Assembly (NCBI GenBank): GCA_964016885.1 | Contig: OZ024740.1 | Location: 406,286,001-406,350,000, forward strand | Origin: Eledone cirrhosa | Lineage: Eukaryota | Direction of reading: 5' to 3' | DNA length: 64,000 nt | In this document: positions 12,057 through 23,647 of the stretch, one piece after another | How the letters are laid out: every line of letters begins with the position of its first letter | Numbering within the stretch: position 1 is the first letter of the stretch | Notes under the pieces: generated by a model | The model's database searches: none | The model's input: only the letters and a program-made list of their open reading frames with translations | Told to the model about the DNA's origin: nothing | Program-made: the position numbers and the translations under genes

Positions 12057-15000
12057 TCATCATCATCATCATCACCGTTTTACGTCCGTTCTTCCACGCT
12101 AGCATGGGTTAGACGGGTTGTCCTGTTGTGGGCAGTGTCTGGTCGGCTGACCATGCCTTGCTCATACAGGAACTGATCTGGCTTGATTTCTACAGCTGGA
12201 TGCCCTTCCTAACACCAACCTCATTTACAGTGAGTGCTGGGTGCTTTTTCGTGGCGCCTACACGTCCACTTTACAGTGTGGGCTGGGTGCTTTTTTGCCG
12301 TGGCACCTCCACGGCCACCTTGCGGTGGAGGGGGGGGGGCATATTGTTTATATGCTTCAGCATGTACCCATGGGAGGTCGGGTACCCTGTATTACTGCGT
12401 GACGCCAGAAGTCACGGTCGTGTGTCATTGACTTTGAGAGGTGTAGTTGGGTAAGGTCGGCTTTTATCACCTCATCCCAAGTCATCTTGGGTCTCCCCAC
12501 TCCGCGGTTTCCATCAACTTCTAGTGCTCTGCACCTTTTTATGCAGCTGTCATCCTTCATACGCATCACATGTCCATACCAGCGTAACCGCCTCTCCTGC
12601 ACGCAGCATTTGATTCCTCTTATGCTCAGTCTCTCTCTCAATTCCTTTATGCTTTGTCGTTCACGTATATTACTGTTACACATCCATCGGAGCATGCAGG
12701 CTTCGTTTCTCTCTAATCTACGTAAGTCTTCCACCTTCAGCGCCCAGGTCTCACTACCATGCAACATCGCTGTTCGGATACACGCATCATACAGTCTGCC
12801 TTTCATTCTGAGGGAGAAGCCTTTTGCAGCTAGCAGTGGTAGTAGTTCCCTAAACTTCTTCCATCCCGTTCTTACCCTAGTTATTGTACTTTCTGAGCAC
12901 CCACCTCCGTTGCTAATTCGGTCACCTAGGTAGCAGAAGCTGTCTACTGTTTCTACAGGGCCCTCCCAGAGATTGGTGGTACTTGTTTCCTGTGGCTGTT
13001 TGCTTGCTGTTTCAGGATAGCTGTTGCATGTGAATCCTACATTCTTAATTAAGCTTCCTGAGATCCCGCTACATCTCTTGTGTACCCATTGTTTGCATTT
13101 GGGGCAGAGAATGGAGTTTCTACCTACACCTTTCCTACATACTGAGCAAGGCCATTTCCCTGAGGGGATCTGGGTTCTGTTTTCTCGTCTACTTACAAGG
13201 ACCTTAGTCTTTGTCATGTTGACTTTGAGGCCCTTTCTCTCTAGTCCCTGCTTCCAGGTTTGGAATTTATTCTCTAGTTCTACCATAGATTCAGCTATGA
13301 GTGCGAGGTCATCAGCATACAGGAGTTCCCATGGGCATCCGGTCTTAAACTCCTCCGTTATTGCCTGCAGGACTATGATGAACAGGAGAGGGCTAAGAAC
13401 AGAGCCCTGGTGGACCCCAACCTGTACGCTAAATTCCTCGCTATACTCATTGCCAATCCTAACTTTGCTGACTGCTCCCCTATACATGGCTTGTACCGCT
13501 TTCACAAGCCATTCATCTACTCCTAGTTTTCTAAGAGCCCACCAGATTACTGCACGTGGAACTCTGTCAAAGGCTTTCTCAAGGTCGACAAATGCCAAGT
13601 AGAGTGGCTTACTTTTAGCTAGGTACTTTTCCTGTAATTGCCTCACAAGGAAGAGGGCATCAGTGGTGCCTTTCCCTGGTACAAACCCAAATTGCATCTC
13701 GTCTATATTCACCCGGTCCCTAATCAACTGTGCTATAACTCTTTCTGTTACTTTCATGACCTGGTCCATCAACTTTATACCTCTATAGTTTCCTCTATCT
13801 AGTGCATCGCCTTTACCTTTGTAGCAGTTGACAATGATGCTACTGCACCAATCTTTTGGTATGGCCCCCTCTAGTATTACCTGGTTAACGATACGTGTGG
13901 TTATAGTGTGACCTACAGACCCAGATGCCTTCAGCATCTCGGCAGCTATACCCGATGGACCGGTTGCCTTCCCTATCTTCATATCTCTGATTGCCTTACT
14001 TACTACGCTGCCGCTGACTTGTACTGCTGGTCCCTCTATAGGGTCTACGTGGGGTAGGGTCTCTTCTTCCCATGCATTCTCCTCATTTAGTAATCTATCA
14101 TAATGACTCTTCCATGCATCTTTCTTCTCAGCACTTGTGAGGGCAAGCTCACCTTTATCATTCCGGATACACTTCTCTCCAATGACATCACAACTATCTC
14201 TGACACACTGCCTCGCAATCTTGAATACCTCCTGTTTCTGGTCCTCACGTTGTAAAACATGCTTGAATTTTCTATCCTCTGCTTCCCTCCTAGCTAAGTA
14301 TACTTGTCGCCTAGCTTCCCTCTTGGTCTCTATGTAATGTACCCTGCTCCCCCCGTTCTTCCATTCTTTCCATGCCTGTCTCTTGGCCTTGACTGCTTCA
14401 TCTACCTTATTGTTCCACCACCAAGTCACTCTCCTCCTGCTTGAGGTCTTACTCCAGCCACAAACCTCATCCGTCGCCTCTAGTAAGTTATTTTTTAGGA
14501 ACTCCCAGTTCTCTTCTACGTTAAATGTCTCTATCTGTTCTTCTTTACTGTCGTAGGCGTTGAGTAAAATATCTTTAAATCTGTTACTGGTTGAGGGGAC
14601 TTTCAGCTTCCAGATCTTTCTTCTCCAGGTTGGCCTCTGTTTCAGGGCTCGTCTAGTTCTGACCGTGAGGTCGCTGACAACTAAGCTATGTTGGGATGTA
14701 CATTCCTCACTAGGGAAGGCTTTTGTGTTTACGACCGTCCATCTGTCACGTCCTCTGATGAGGATAAAATCTAACTGACTAGAGTGCTCCCCTGATCTAT
14801 AGGTGATCAGGTGGTTGTCGGGTTTTTTAAAGTTTGTGTTACATATCGACATGTCATTGGCGTCGCAGAATTCTAGAAGTCTGAATCCTTCCTCATTCCT
14901 TGTGCCAACTCCATGGCCTCCATGTACTCTATTGAAGCCGTCGCAGTGTTTACCTACGTGTCCGTTAAAATCTCCTGCAATGATTAGGAAGTCCTTGTCG

Positions 15001-15326
15001 TCTGTTAGAGCAGTAGTGTGTATTAGGGACTCGTAAAACCTATCCTTAAGTTCGTCTGGCAGCCCCGATTGGGGTGCGTAAGCTGATATTATTGTGGTAA
15101 TTGTCTTATTCAGGACTAGTCTAAGTTTAATGATTCTTGCATTTACCCTGTACACTGAGATTACTTTATCTACCCACTTGTCAGCTAATAGTATACCTAC
15201 ACCACCCATCCCATCGTCATTTCCCACCCAGAAAAATTTGTAGCACTGGCTTTTTCCTACAAGGACTCTAGCAGACCCTCCTCTCCATCTAGTCTCTTGC
15301 ACACAGCATACATCAACTTCCTTTCG
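12057..15326 (-). mobile_element. RTE-clade LINE, 5'-truncated, young
   Basis: (GAT)n tail at 12057, about 300-bp 3' UTR, uninterrupted EN-RT ORF; truncated just upstream of VDVCCVQETRW. Confidence 0.95.
12357..15302 (-). CDS. RTE ORF: AP endonuclease + reverse transcriptase + PHD-like finger (N-terminus missing)
   Basis: QETRW, SAYAPQ, GDFNGHVG, LDFIL, SQH (APE); YRGIKL, QFGF, FVDLEKAFD, GVHQGSVLSPLLF, YADD, YLG (RT). Confidence 0.95.
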   Translation of the reverse strand: MQETRWRGGSARVLVGKSQCYKFFWVGNDDGMGGVGILLADKWVDKVISVYRVNARIIKLRLVLNKTITTIISAYAPQSGLPDELKDRFYESLIHTTALTDDKDFLIIAGDFNGHVGKHCDGFNRVHGGHGVGTRNEEGFRLLEFCDANDMSICNTNFKKPDNHLITYRSGEHSSQLDFILIRGRDRWTVVNTKAFPSEECTSQHSLVVSDLTVRTRRALKQRPTWRRKIWKLKVPSTSNRFKDILLNAYDSKEEQIETFNVEENWEFLKNNLLEATDEVCGWSKTSSRRRVTWWWNNKVDEAVKAKRQAWKEWKNGGSRVHYIETKREARRQVYLARREAEDRKFKHVLQREDQKQEVFKIARQCVRDSCDVIGEKCIRNDKGELALTSAEKKDAWKSHYDRLLNEENAWEEETLPHVDPIEGPAVQVSGSVVSKAIRDMKIGKATGPSGIAAEMLKASGSVGHTITTRIVNQVILEGAIPKDWCSSIIVNCYKGKGDALDRGNYRGIKLMDQVMKVTERVIAQLIRDRVNIDEMQFGFVPGKGTTDALFLVRQLQEKYLAKSKPLYLAFVDLEKAFDRVPRAVIWWALRKLGVDEWLVKAVQAMYRGAVSKVRIGNEYSEEFSVQVGVHQGSVLSPLLFIIVLQAITEEFKTGCPWELLYADDLALIAESMVELENKFQTWKQGLERKGLKVNMTKTKVLVSRRENRTQIPSGKWPCSVCRKGVGRNSILCPKCKQWVHKRCSGISGSLIKNVGFTCNSYPETASKQPQETSTTNLWEGPVETVDSFCYLGDRISNGGGCSESTITRVRTGWKKFRELLPLLAAKGFSLRMKGRLYDACIRTAMLHGSETWALKVEDLRRLERNEACMLRWMCNSNIRERQSIKELRERLSIRGIKCCVQERRLRWYGHVMRMKDDSCIKRCRALEVDGNRGVGRPKMTWDEVIKADLTQLHLSKSMTHDRDFWRHAVIQGTRPPMGTC

Positions 15327-15439
15327 TAAGTAATAATGATAATGATTTCTAACTTTTTCAACATATCTTTCTTGGTCCAGTAACTCTTGAGGGAGTCATA
15401 GGGGCAACCTATTGACATACAGTATTTCTAGGGCATTTT

Positions 15440-15592
15440 TAAAACTTGGTAGAGCCCATCTCCTCTCCAGGTCTGAATACAAAAAATTTCTTCCAAAGGA
15501 GAGAGAGTGAGAGAGGGGAAATGAGAAAGAGATATAGAGGAAGAATCGACCCCAGTACTAGACTGTTACTTTTTTTATCAACCTCAAATGGA
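15440..15592 (-). mobile_element. SINE family B
   Basis: aaaacttggtagagccc...atttcttccaaag...GA-rich...gaccccagtact...ttatcaacctc. Confidence 0.55.
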
Positions 15593-16269
15593 TTTTCAAC
15601 ATATACAAGATCACAAATATATAAAGAAGGGGCTATAATCAATTCAATTGACCCCAATATATCATTGGTAGTGATTTTATTGATACTGCAGAGATGAGAC
15701 ATAGACCATCCTGGCCAAATTTGAAAACTAAACATAAATAAGACAAATAAACATAAGATATTTTTAGTTCAACACTATGTTTTGGGTTCTATTTCTACAT
15801 CTCTCCCCGTAAATATTTTTCTCTCCAAAGTTACACATACATTTAATCCTCTATGTAATTTGTACATACACGCTGAACATTTATGTAATTATATCCTAGA
15901 AATACATTATTAAAATATCATTCATATCTTTAATTATTTCCACATGTCAGTAATCTACATATGGTTTCGCTTGCGCAAACCATTGATTTATCGAAATGCG
16001 AATTTCCCGGTTTATATGATTGTTCATATATCCAGTAATATGGATATACAAGACATACCAATCCTGAACTTCAAAAATTAAATACAATCAATGTAGTAAA
16101 TAATAAATAAATAAATATTCAGCAGCAGCAGCAGCAAGCCGACATTTAGGTCAAGAGTTCAACATGAAATCTTGGTTATTCAAATCTTTTCACCTTCTCT
16201 AGGTCTGTAAATGCTTCTAATAATGACAATGACACATGTGTTACAAAAACCAAATCTGATAATGCTTAA

Positions 16270-17559
16270 CAGGGCGTGGACGATATTTGTTCGCAATTTT
16301 CAACTGCTAAGTTTATGCAAAATTTGTTTACTTCCGTTGTCACTCTCGTCTTCATAAAAACAGTGACTATATTTCCATTATTTATTTTCAGAATAATTGA
16401 TTATGAATAATTTTGGACCTCCAAATTTGTGGAAGAGACACAGTTCTTCTTTGAATCTGCGCTGAGAGGATAAATAAGGAAATTTAAGACTTTCTCAGCG
16501 TCAGCAGGAGAATGGTGGAAAAAGTCAGAAAGGAATTGGAAGATTCAGGATTCGACTACGAAGCAACATCAGAGAGGAAAACACATGATCGGCGATCTGA
16601 CGCCTTCAGAACGCTCGAGTTCGTCGCTGAAGTTCAGGATATCATCAACAATGAACCTAGCAAGTCGATGCGTGCCATTGCAAGGGAGAAAGGCATGGAT
16701 GAAAAGCTCATTAGGCTGGTGGTACATGAAGACATTCGCTACGTTTCATACAAGATGAGGAAAGGACAATTTCTGTCAAAGGCGATGCAAGAAAAGCGAC
16801 TGAAGCACACAAAGAAGCTGATCAACAAGTTGAAACACCTACTGGAGCCAGATGCGCTGTGGTTTTTCTCCAACGAGAAAAACTTCTGCCAAGACCAGAT
16901 CAACTCCCAGAACAACAGGTGGCTCGCTGTCTCATCCAAAGACGTGCCCAGAGTCATGCAGACAAAGTTTCCAGCGACAACATTGGTCTTAGGTGTTGTC
17001 AGCAGTCAAGGTGATGTCATGCCACCTCACTTCTTCTCTGAGAGCCTGAAGCTGAACACCGATGGCTACATCTCCGTTCTGAGTGAGGTAGTAAAGTCCT
17101 GGATCGACCAGGTAGCTGCAGGTAGGCCGTACATGTGGCAGCAAGACTCAGTGCCCTGCCATACCAGCCGAAAGACCCAAGCCTGGCTGTCAGAGAACTT
17201 CGTCGACCACACTTCACCTGACATCTGGCCTCCCAGCAACCCCCTTGACTTCTTTGTGTGGGGCGCAGTGGAACGAGACACCAACAGATCTAGCTGCAAT
17301 ACGAAAGACAATCTGAAGGCCAGGATCACAAGTGCCTTTAGGGGCCTAAGTCGGGGGACAGTGACGAAGGCCTGTAGCTAGTTCCGAGGCCACCTTGAGG
17401 CCGTCATCAAAGCCAATGGCAGGTTTATCGAGTGAAATCGAAAGAACAAGTCATGAAGACAAACTGACCCAAGTTTGATAAATATATCTTAAAAAATAAA
17501 ACTACTGTGTTATCTTTTCCTAGACAGTAATCTTGCGAACAAATATCATCCACACCCTG
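16270..17559 (+). mobile_element. Tc1/mariner DNA transposon, DD37D (maT)-type
   Basis: 27-bp TIRs cagggcgtggacgatatttgttcgcaa / ttgcgaacaaatatcatccacaccctg; right flank TA, left flank AA; about 1.29 kb. Confidence 0.95.
16512..17435 (+). pseudogene. Inactivated DD37D transposase
   Basis: WFFSNEKNF (first D changed to N), WQQDSVPCH, WPPSNPLDFFVWG (SPDx missing: 33+4=37 spacing); premature TAG at 17379-81, then FRGHLEAVIKANGRFIE*. Confidence 0.9.
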
Positions 17560-17596
17560 TATATATTGTATATAATAGGGACCTGGGTATTACCAC

Positions 17597-17846
17597 AACC
17601 CTTTTATTACCGTATTTCTAAGTATATCAATTTCTATGTGTATCAACTAATTTTGAAAATTTGAAGAATGTAATAAGATAACTAACAATTTCATTAGGAA
17701 CGTGATGTTTGAAACATTACTTAATTTTATTTAAGACATTTTTATTATGATGGAAGGTTTTAATATAAGTATGGACATTTTAAAATAAACAGCTGTGTAT
17801 CATAAAACCAGGGTGGTTTCAGGCAGGCTGGTATCTAAAGGGTTAA
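17597..17846 (+). mobile_element. TTAA-flanked MITE family 2
   Basis: aacccttttattaccgtatttct ... ggtatctaaagggttaa. Confidence 0.65.
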
Positions 17847-18669
17847 CAGATAAATCATTAGCAACAGTATAAGATGCCAGAGAAAGGGTGGAGAAAGAGA
17901 TAGAAAAAAAGAGGAAAAGCCAGAAAGGATAGATTAGATAACGAAAAGGTTAGGGAGAAAAAAAAGGGGAAAACAAGTAAAGAGAAAGAATGAGAAAAAG
18001 AAAATTAAAGAAATTAATGAGCTACTTAATTTTATTTATTTATTTATTTATTGTTACTCTAAATAATTACTCAAAAATGAATGTGACTGAGTCAACTTCA
18101 AAAATCTGAAATACGTCATCATGTTTGTTACCAGATCATTTATTAAAGTTTTAAAAAATTATATATATTTATAAAATTATCAATCTAAAGGAGAGTGTTG
18201 GAGAGGGGAGGCTAATAATTATAAAGAGATTTAATTCCTTAGAGCCTAAAAATATAATCAGCTAAAAATAGTACAGAGATGCTTGAATTTCAAACTGTTA
18301 TTCTTTTTCATAGAATTTTAACATGGTTAGATAGATTATCTCACACACATCCACAAGACCTTCCACTTGAACCACCCACACAATGTCTAGTTTAGGTGCA
18401 GCATTTAATGTCCAGTATAATTTTAATTTACGTCAGTTTCTCAAATTTCTTCATTGTTTTCTATTTTTCTTTCTCAAACACAAGATGATCCTTCATGTTT
18501 AATTGCCGTTTTCTTTCTTCCCTTCTAAATTTTCTATTAATATATTATGGAATTTATTTGTTGCAGATAATATTGCTAGCTTTGAGAAAAATTAATTTTT
18601 GAACAAAATGAAATGATAGCATAGTGTTACTGAAATTGTTGTTTAGAAATTCTTGCCTGGTAGACAGAA

Positions 18670-19155
18670 ACTGGTATTGTGCCTATGTTAGAAATCATTA
18701 TTATTGTTATTAAATCTTGCTGAGGTTAACTCAGCCTTTCATCCATCAAGGATCAATAAAATAAAGTACCAGTCAAATACTGGGATCAATATAATAGACT
18801 TTTCCCCCCTCCCCTTAAATTGTTAGCACTGTGCCTAAATTAGAAACCAATATTATAAGGGTGGTGGATTTGCAGAACCATTGTGGTGTTGGACAAAATA
18901 CCTTGTGGTATTTGTTCTGGTTCTTTACCTATTGAGTTCAAATCTTGCTGAAGTCAACTGTGCCCTTCATCCTTCCACAGTCAACAAAACAAAGTACCAA
19001 TGAAGTACTAAGGTTGATTTAGGCAAATTGTTGGCCAAAATTAGAAACCACTATTATAGAAGGGTTATGAATGGTATAACTGGTAGAGCCCTGGTCAAAT
19101 GCCTAGCATTATTTATTTCCTTTTACATTTTGAGTTCAAATCCCACCAAGGTCAA
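18670..19155 (+). mobile_element. Head-to-tail cluster of 3-4 degenerate family A-like SINEs
   Basis: Repeated gagttcaaat / gcctttcatcc / aaagtacca / ttagaaacca modules. Confidence 0.7.
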
Positions 19156-19621
19156 AGTGTCATTATTATGTCACTATTTACAATTGAAACATGAAAAATA
19201 ATAAACTAACTAACAAAGTTTCCCTTACCTTCAATTGATTATGATTATTATTCTTAATGTTGAGAAAAAGAATTAAAAAACATTTTTATGGAATATAATT
19301 ATTTAAGCTAATTTCATGATAACCGGCTGTGGTTTTCTACACTATGATGATAGCATATCAGCTGAAATATCCATTAGGTTGTCACAGATACTCTGTTGCA
19401 GTCTAGGTAATGATTCCATTTTCAAATGCTAGTATACCTATTCAGTGTGGGAAACCACAGAGCAAGGACAAACTACTCACAAGCCATACCCATCTTGATT
19501 TGTGTTTGATGTAAATACACTTATGTTGCTAATACACTTTAAAAAAGCATGAACATAGAATATCCTATTTTTCATGTGTTCTAAAATACAAAGCCTATGT
19601 CTAGCCAAAACAGATCAATAT

Positions 19622-19940
19622 ATCATCATCATCATCATCGTTTAACGTCCGTGTTCCATGCTTGCATGGGTTTGGACGGGAGTTTTCCCACTTGAGGCAA
19701 GAGTGGTTGTCTTGCTCGCATAGGACTGTCTGGCGGGTTTTCTACAGTTGGATGCCCTTCCTAACACCAACCACATTTACAGTGTGGGGCTGGGAGGTTT
19801 TTACCGTGTTGCCTACACGGTCACATTACAGCGTGGACTGTGTGTTTTTTTTTCGTGACACCTACACGATCTCATTTGTTTCGGCCTGGATTTTGTGGCA
19901 CCAACATAACTTTACATTGAAAGGGGCGGTGTGGATGGGG
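19622..19940 (-). mobile_element. RTE-type 3' UTR / non-autonomous derivative with (GAT)n tail
   Basis: catcatcgtttaacgtcc...ggatgcccttcctaacaccaacc shared with the RTE tail; near-identical to 36657-36980. Confidence 0.8.
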
Positions 19941-20126
19941 TAGGAACAAGTATGATCCCGACGGCAGAGCTCAAGCCGTTTCGACGGCTAATGTGAGTCC
20001 AGAATTAGCCGTCGAAACGGCTTGAGCTCGGGGTCATACTTGTTCCTATTACCCACTCTACTACCCTAAGTATTGCGTACTTTGGTGCGTTATGGTCCAT
20101 CTGGTTCCTTACCACATTTCCTTCAT

Positions 20127-20128
<2 letters not shown>
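19941..20128 (+). mobile_element. Short fold-back PLE-type remnant with 3' half of a hammerhead
   Basis: Inverted repeat 19941-20048 plus about 80-nt tail ending in (TA)n; homologous to 50289-50495. Confidence 0.7.
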
Positions 20129-20158
<30 letters not shown>

Positions 20159-21710
20159 TACAAATGGAAGTTTAATAAAATCGAAGTTTTGGCTGTGGCC
20201 AAGCTAACGATATACAATTAGGAATGTGCAGCAAAGCACTCGATAAGGTTGTGTCACCTTAGAGTAATAACATACGTTAGATAGCTTGACAAATTGAAAA
20301 CTGCAACAGGCAATCCTAGCTACATGATACCAAAGCAATGAAAAAACCAATCAGGTCTTGATAAATATATATATGTGTGTGTGTGTCTTTTTTTAACTAT
20401 CTTATATATATATATATATCTTCCAAAGGATGGGGGATCTTTTTCCTCTATCTTCTGATTTCCTGGAATGGCATGTTGATACCATCCATAATTCAGTTGA
20501 AATAAGTGTTCATTCCAGTTTGACAAACTGGCCTCATATTTATTTTTGTCTAAATTATTCATTTTTTTGACAAAAACTGATGAAACTCCGAGTATGTTTA
20601 ATTAAAACCATTAAAAACAACATATCAAAAATGCCCAAATATTTCAAATCCTACTAGGGCTATTGAAATAAATACCAATAACATACCGTGTTAGTCTAAT
20701 TGACTATATTCTTCTCTTTAAAAAAATGTTACCATATTCAGAGGAGAATCAGTGCCCTTAACTTTTGCAGGCCATAGAAATTGACAAGGCTGACGTAGTA
20801 GATGTTCAATTGAACAGCTTGAAGTCAACATCTACAGGAAGATAAATAGCCAAGAAAGAAATTCCAGAAGGTTGCAATTCTGCAGCTCTAGAAAGAATTT
20901 AAGTAGCTTATTTAAAACAGGATCTGGAAAGTTAGACACTGTAGGAGTGTGCTTAATTCTTAACATTCTGTAATGATTTAGCTGAGAATATCTAAAACCA
21001 ATTTAGCTAATTGAAATGTTTATAGTATTTTAACACAAGAAAATCTCAGTATTTGAGTAAAGACTTCAATATTTAATGTGATATTATCATACTGCTCTTT
21101 TATATTTTTATAGAAAGAATGTTTTGCTAATGCAGTTTTATGTTGTTCATGATATTAAAAGTTAAATTAATAAAAACATTAAGAGAATTTTGCAGCAAAA
21201 ATTGAAACGGCTCTGATCTTACTAAAATAAATGCCTAAGTACAGCTTACAGTAACTAGTATTATTACCAAAAAATAAGATATTAAATTGAAAGTTTGTAT
21301 GTATTGGATAATTTGAATATTTAGACCAGAGATTTCCAAAGTAGGCATCAAATTGGTTGACTCATTAGTACATCAACTTAAATGCCTTGGTATTTGTTCT
21401 GACTGAACTGAGTTCAAATCCCATCAAGGTCAACTTATCCTTTCAGGGTCGATAAATTAAGTGCCAGTCCAGGGTAAGCAGATTAGTGGAATTGCTAAAG
21501 AATCTGACAGGATGCTTTATGGTATCTCATCTAGGTCTGTCTGTTTTGAATTCCAAACCAGGAGATGAAGCCAGCAGATGTCAGCAATGAAAAGACCACT
21601 GGAAACATAGTTTCCTTGGTTTGATTTGACACTCAACTTCATTCTTTTTTCCAAAACTTTCCATATAAGCAACACAAATTTTAAAAACAATTTGTGTGTG
21701 ATAAAATAAT

Positions 21711-21898
21711 TGTTTCGACTTTTGGCACAAGGCCAGCAATTACTCAGTGCATTACTGGTACTTTATTTTATCGACCCCATAAGGATGAAAGGCAAAGTTA
21801 ACCTCAACGGGATTTGAACTCAGAATGGCAAGAACCGTAACTCTATGCATCAAAACATAGCGTCCGACCCTCTACCGATGCTGCCAATCCACCGCCCC
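21711..21898 (-). mobile_element. SINE family A, full-length
   Basis: 16-bp TSD tgtgtgataaaataat at 21695-21710 and 21901-21916. Confidence 0.92.
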
Positions 21899-22136
21899 TA
21901 TGTGTGATAAAATAATGAAGTTGTGTTTGTGACATGAAATTATTAGATAAACAATTAAATATCATATCACCAGTCACATGTTTTATTCAATGCAGAGGTG
22001 TGAGATCTTAAATATATTTCACAGCCAAGTCCTCATAAAAATTGATCAGATTTGATTAATTTTTTGACACACATAGAAATCATTAGTGACATACAAAAAT
22101 GTTGTAACACAATTTACAAACTACTGATTTAAGCTC

Positions 22137-22167
<31 letters not shown>

Positions 22168-22491
22168 TGCACATGCATGGGAAAATCTATGTAAGAAATC
22201 TATATTTACTTAATGAGAGGAAAATCAGAGTGGGAAAGAAATAACACTTAAAATAGAAAAAGGATTGAGTCACACAACGAAAAGGTAATAAATAAATAGA
22301 AAATTAATATTAAAAAACTTGTTAAGAGCATGAATATGGGATTAATAACACAAACATTATTAATATTCTTTACATCATTAAATATATATATTCACTATTT
22401 AAACCTAGGTTAACAACCAATAGATTTTTACTTAATAGAAATAATAGGAATCAATTTTTCACCAGTTTTTTATTGATTTATACCTTTCATT

Positions 22492-22900
22492 CTCATCATC
22501 ACCATTTTACATCTATTTTCGATGCTTGTATGGGTTAGATGGGTTGTCATGTTCTTTGCCTAGACAGGCATGTCAGATGTGTTTGGCTAATAAGTTCCAT
22601 TTTGACATGGTTCCTGTGGCTGGATGCCCTTCCTAATACAAATCACTTCATGGTATGTACCAAGTATATTTTCTCATAATACCAGCATATCATTTAATAG
22701 GGTGGACTGGGTGCTTTTTTGTGGCAACAGCACTACCACTTTACAGTGTTGGCTGAGTGCATTTTATTGTGACACCAGCACTACCACTTTACAGATTGAG
22801 CAGGGTGCATTTTATCATGGCACCAGTACTTCCATCTTCCAGTGTTTGCTGGATGTTGAGTGCATTTTATTGTGGAACAAGTACTACTACATTTCAACAC
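22492..22900 (-). mobile_element. Degenerate RTE-tail-related element with internal short tandem units
   Basis: catcatcaccattttacatc...gctggatgcccttcctaa; repeated gtgcatttt..gtggcaccagcactac units. Confidence 0.6.
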
Positions 22901-23647
22901 AAGTGCACTTGTTTGACCTTCTATTTATTGCTTATAAAGCCTCAGAAAGCATAGATGGATATTTCTATGGGAAAAAAAGGATCAAAAGCTATCAAACGTA
23001 AATCATTTCAGAAACAAAGTATCCTGTGTAATGCTTTCAGTTCAATGATTTTATCTAATTTTTAACTGCAGTTAATGGATAAGAGATACATCAATGCATA
23101 AGGTGCACTGAAAAAAATAAGTTACATAATGAAGAACAATTGAAGAGTCTTAATTATTCATTTAATAAAATGATTCTAAAATATTATGAAATATAAGGTA
23201 AAAATATCATTTTGTCTTGTTCTTACTCTACTTTGTTTCCACCATTATATTTCCTATTCACATTGTACAGGCATTCCCAACATGTTCACAAGGCTTCATA
23301 AAAACTATACCCAAAATGGTTAACTGAACACATAAGTGCTTTCTCCCACTAAACACTTTTTTCCATTTCTTTCTCTTCTCATTCTTGTCTATCATTCTAT
23401 TTTTTCTTTTATTTTTCATTCTATCTTCTGCTAAAGGACTAGTGTCCAAAACCATAAGGACTCTTTTCCTACTATATCAAGCATTATATATATCTTCATT
23501 GTACTTTATCTTCATCTTGCTATGTTGTTTACCCATTTAGTTCACACACACATATAAACATGTATATATATACATATATTTATATATATACACACACACA
23601 CACACACATATATATATATCCGTATATGTACATATACATATACATGC

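Noticed and set aside
12487-15036. Plus-strand ORFs overlapping the RTE
   Set aside because: Antisense shadows of the RTE ORF with no motifs
20740-20960. Possible CR1/Jockey-like LINE 3' relic on the minus strand (similar hint at 26280-26580)
   Set aside because: Only a short RIATFWN-like motif; too decayed to support a call
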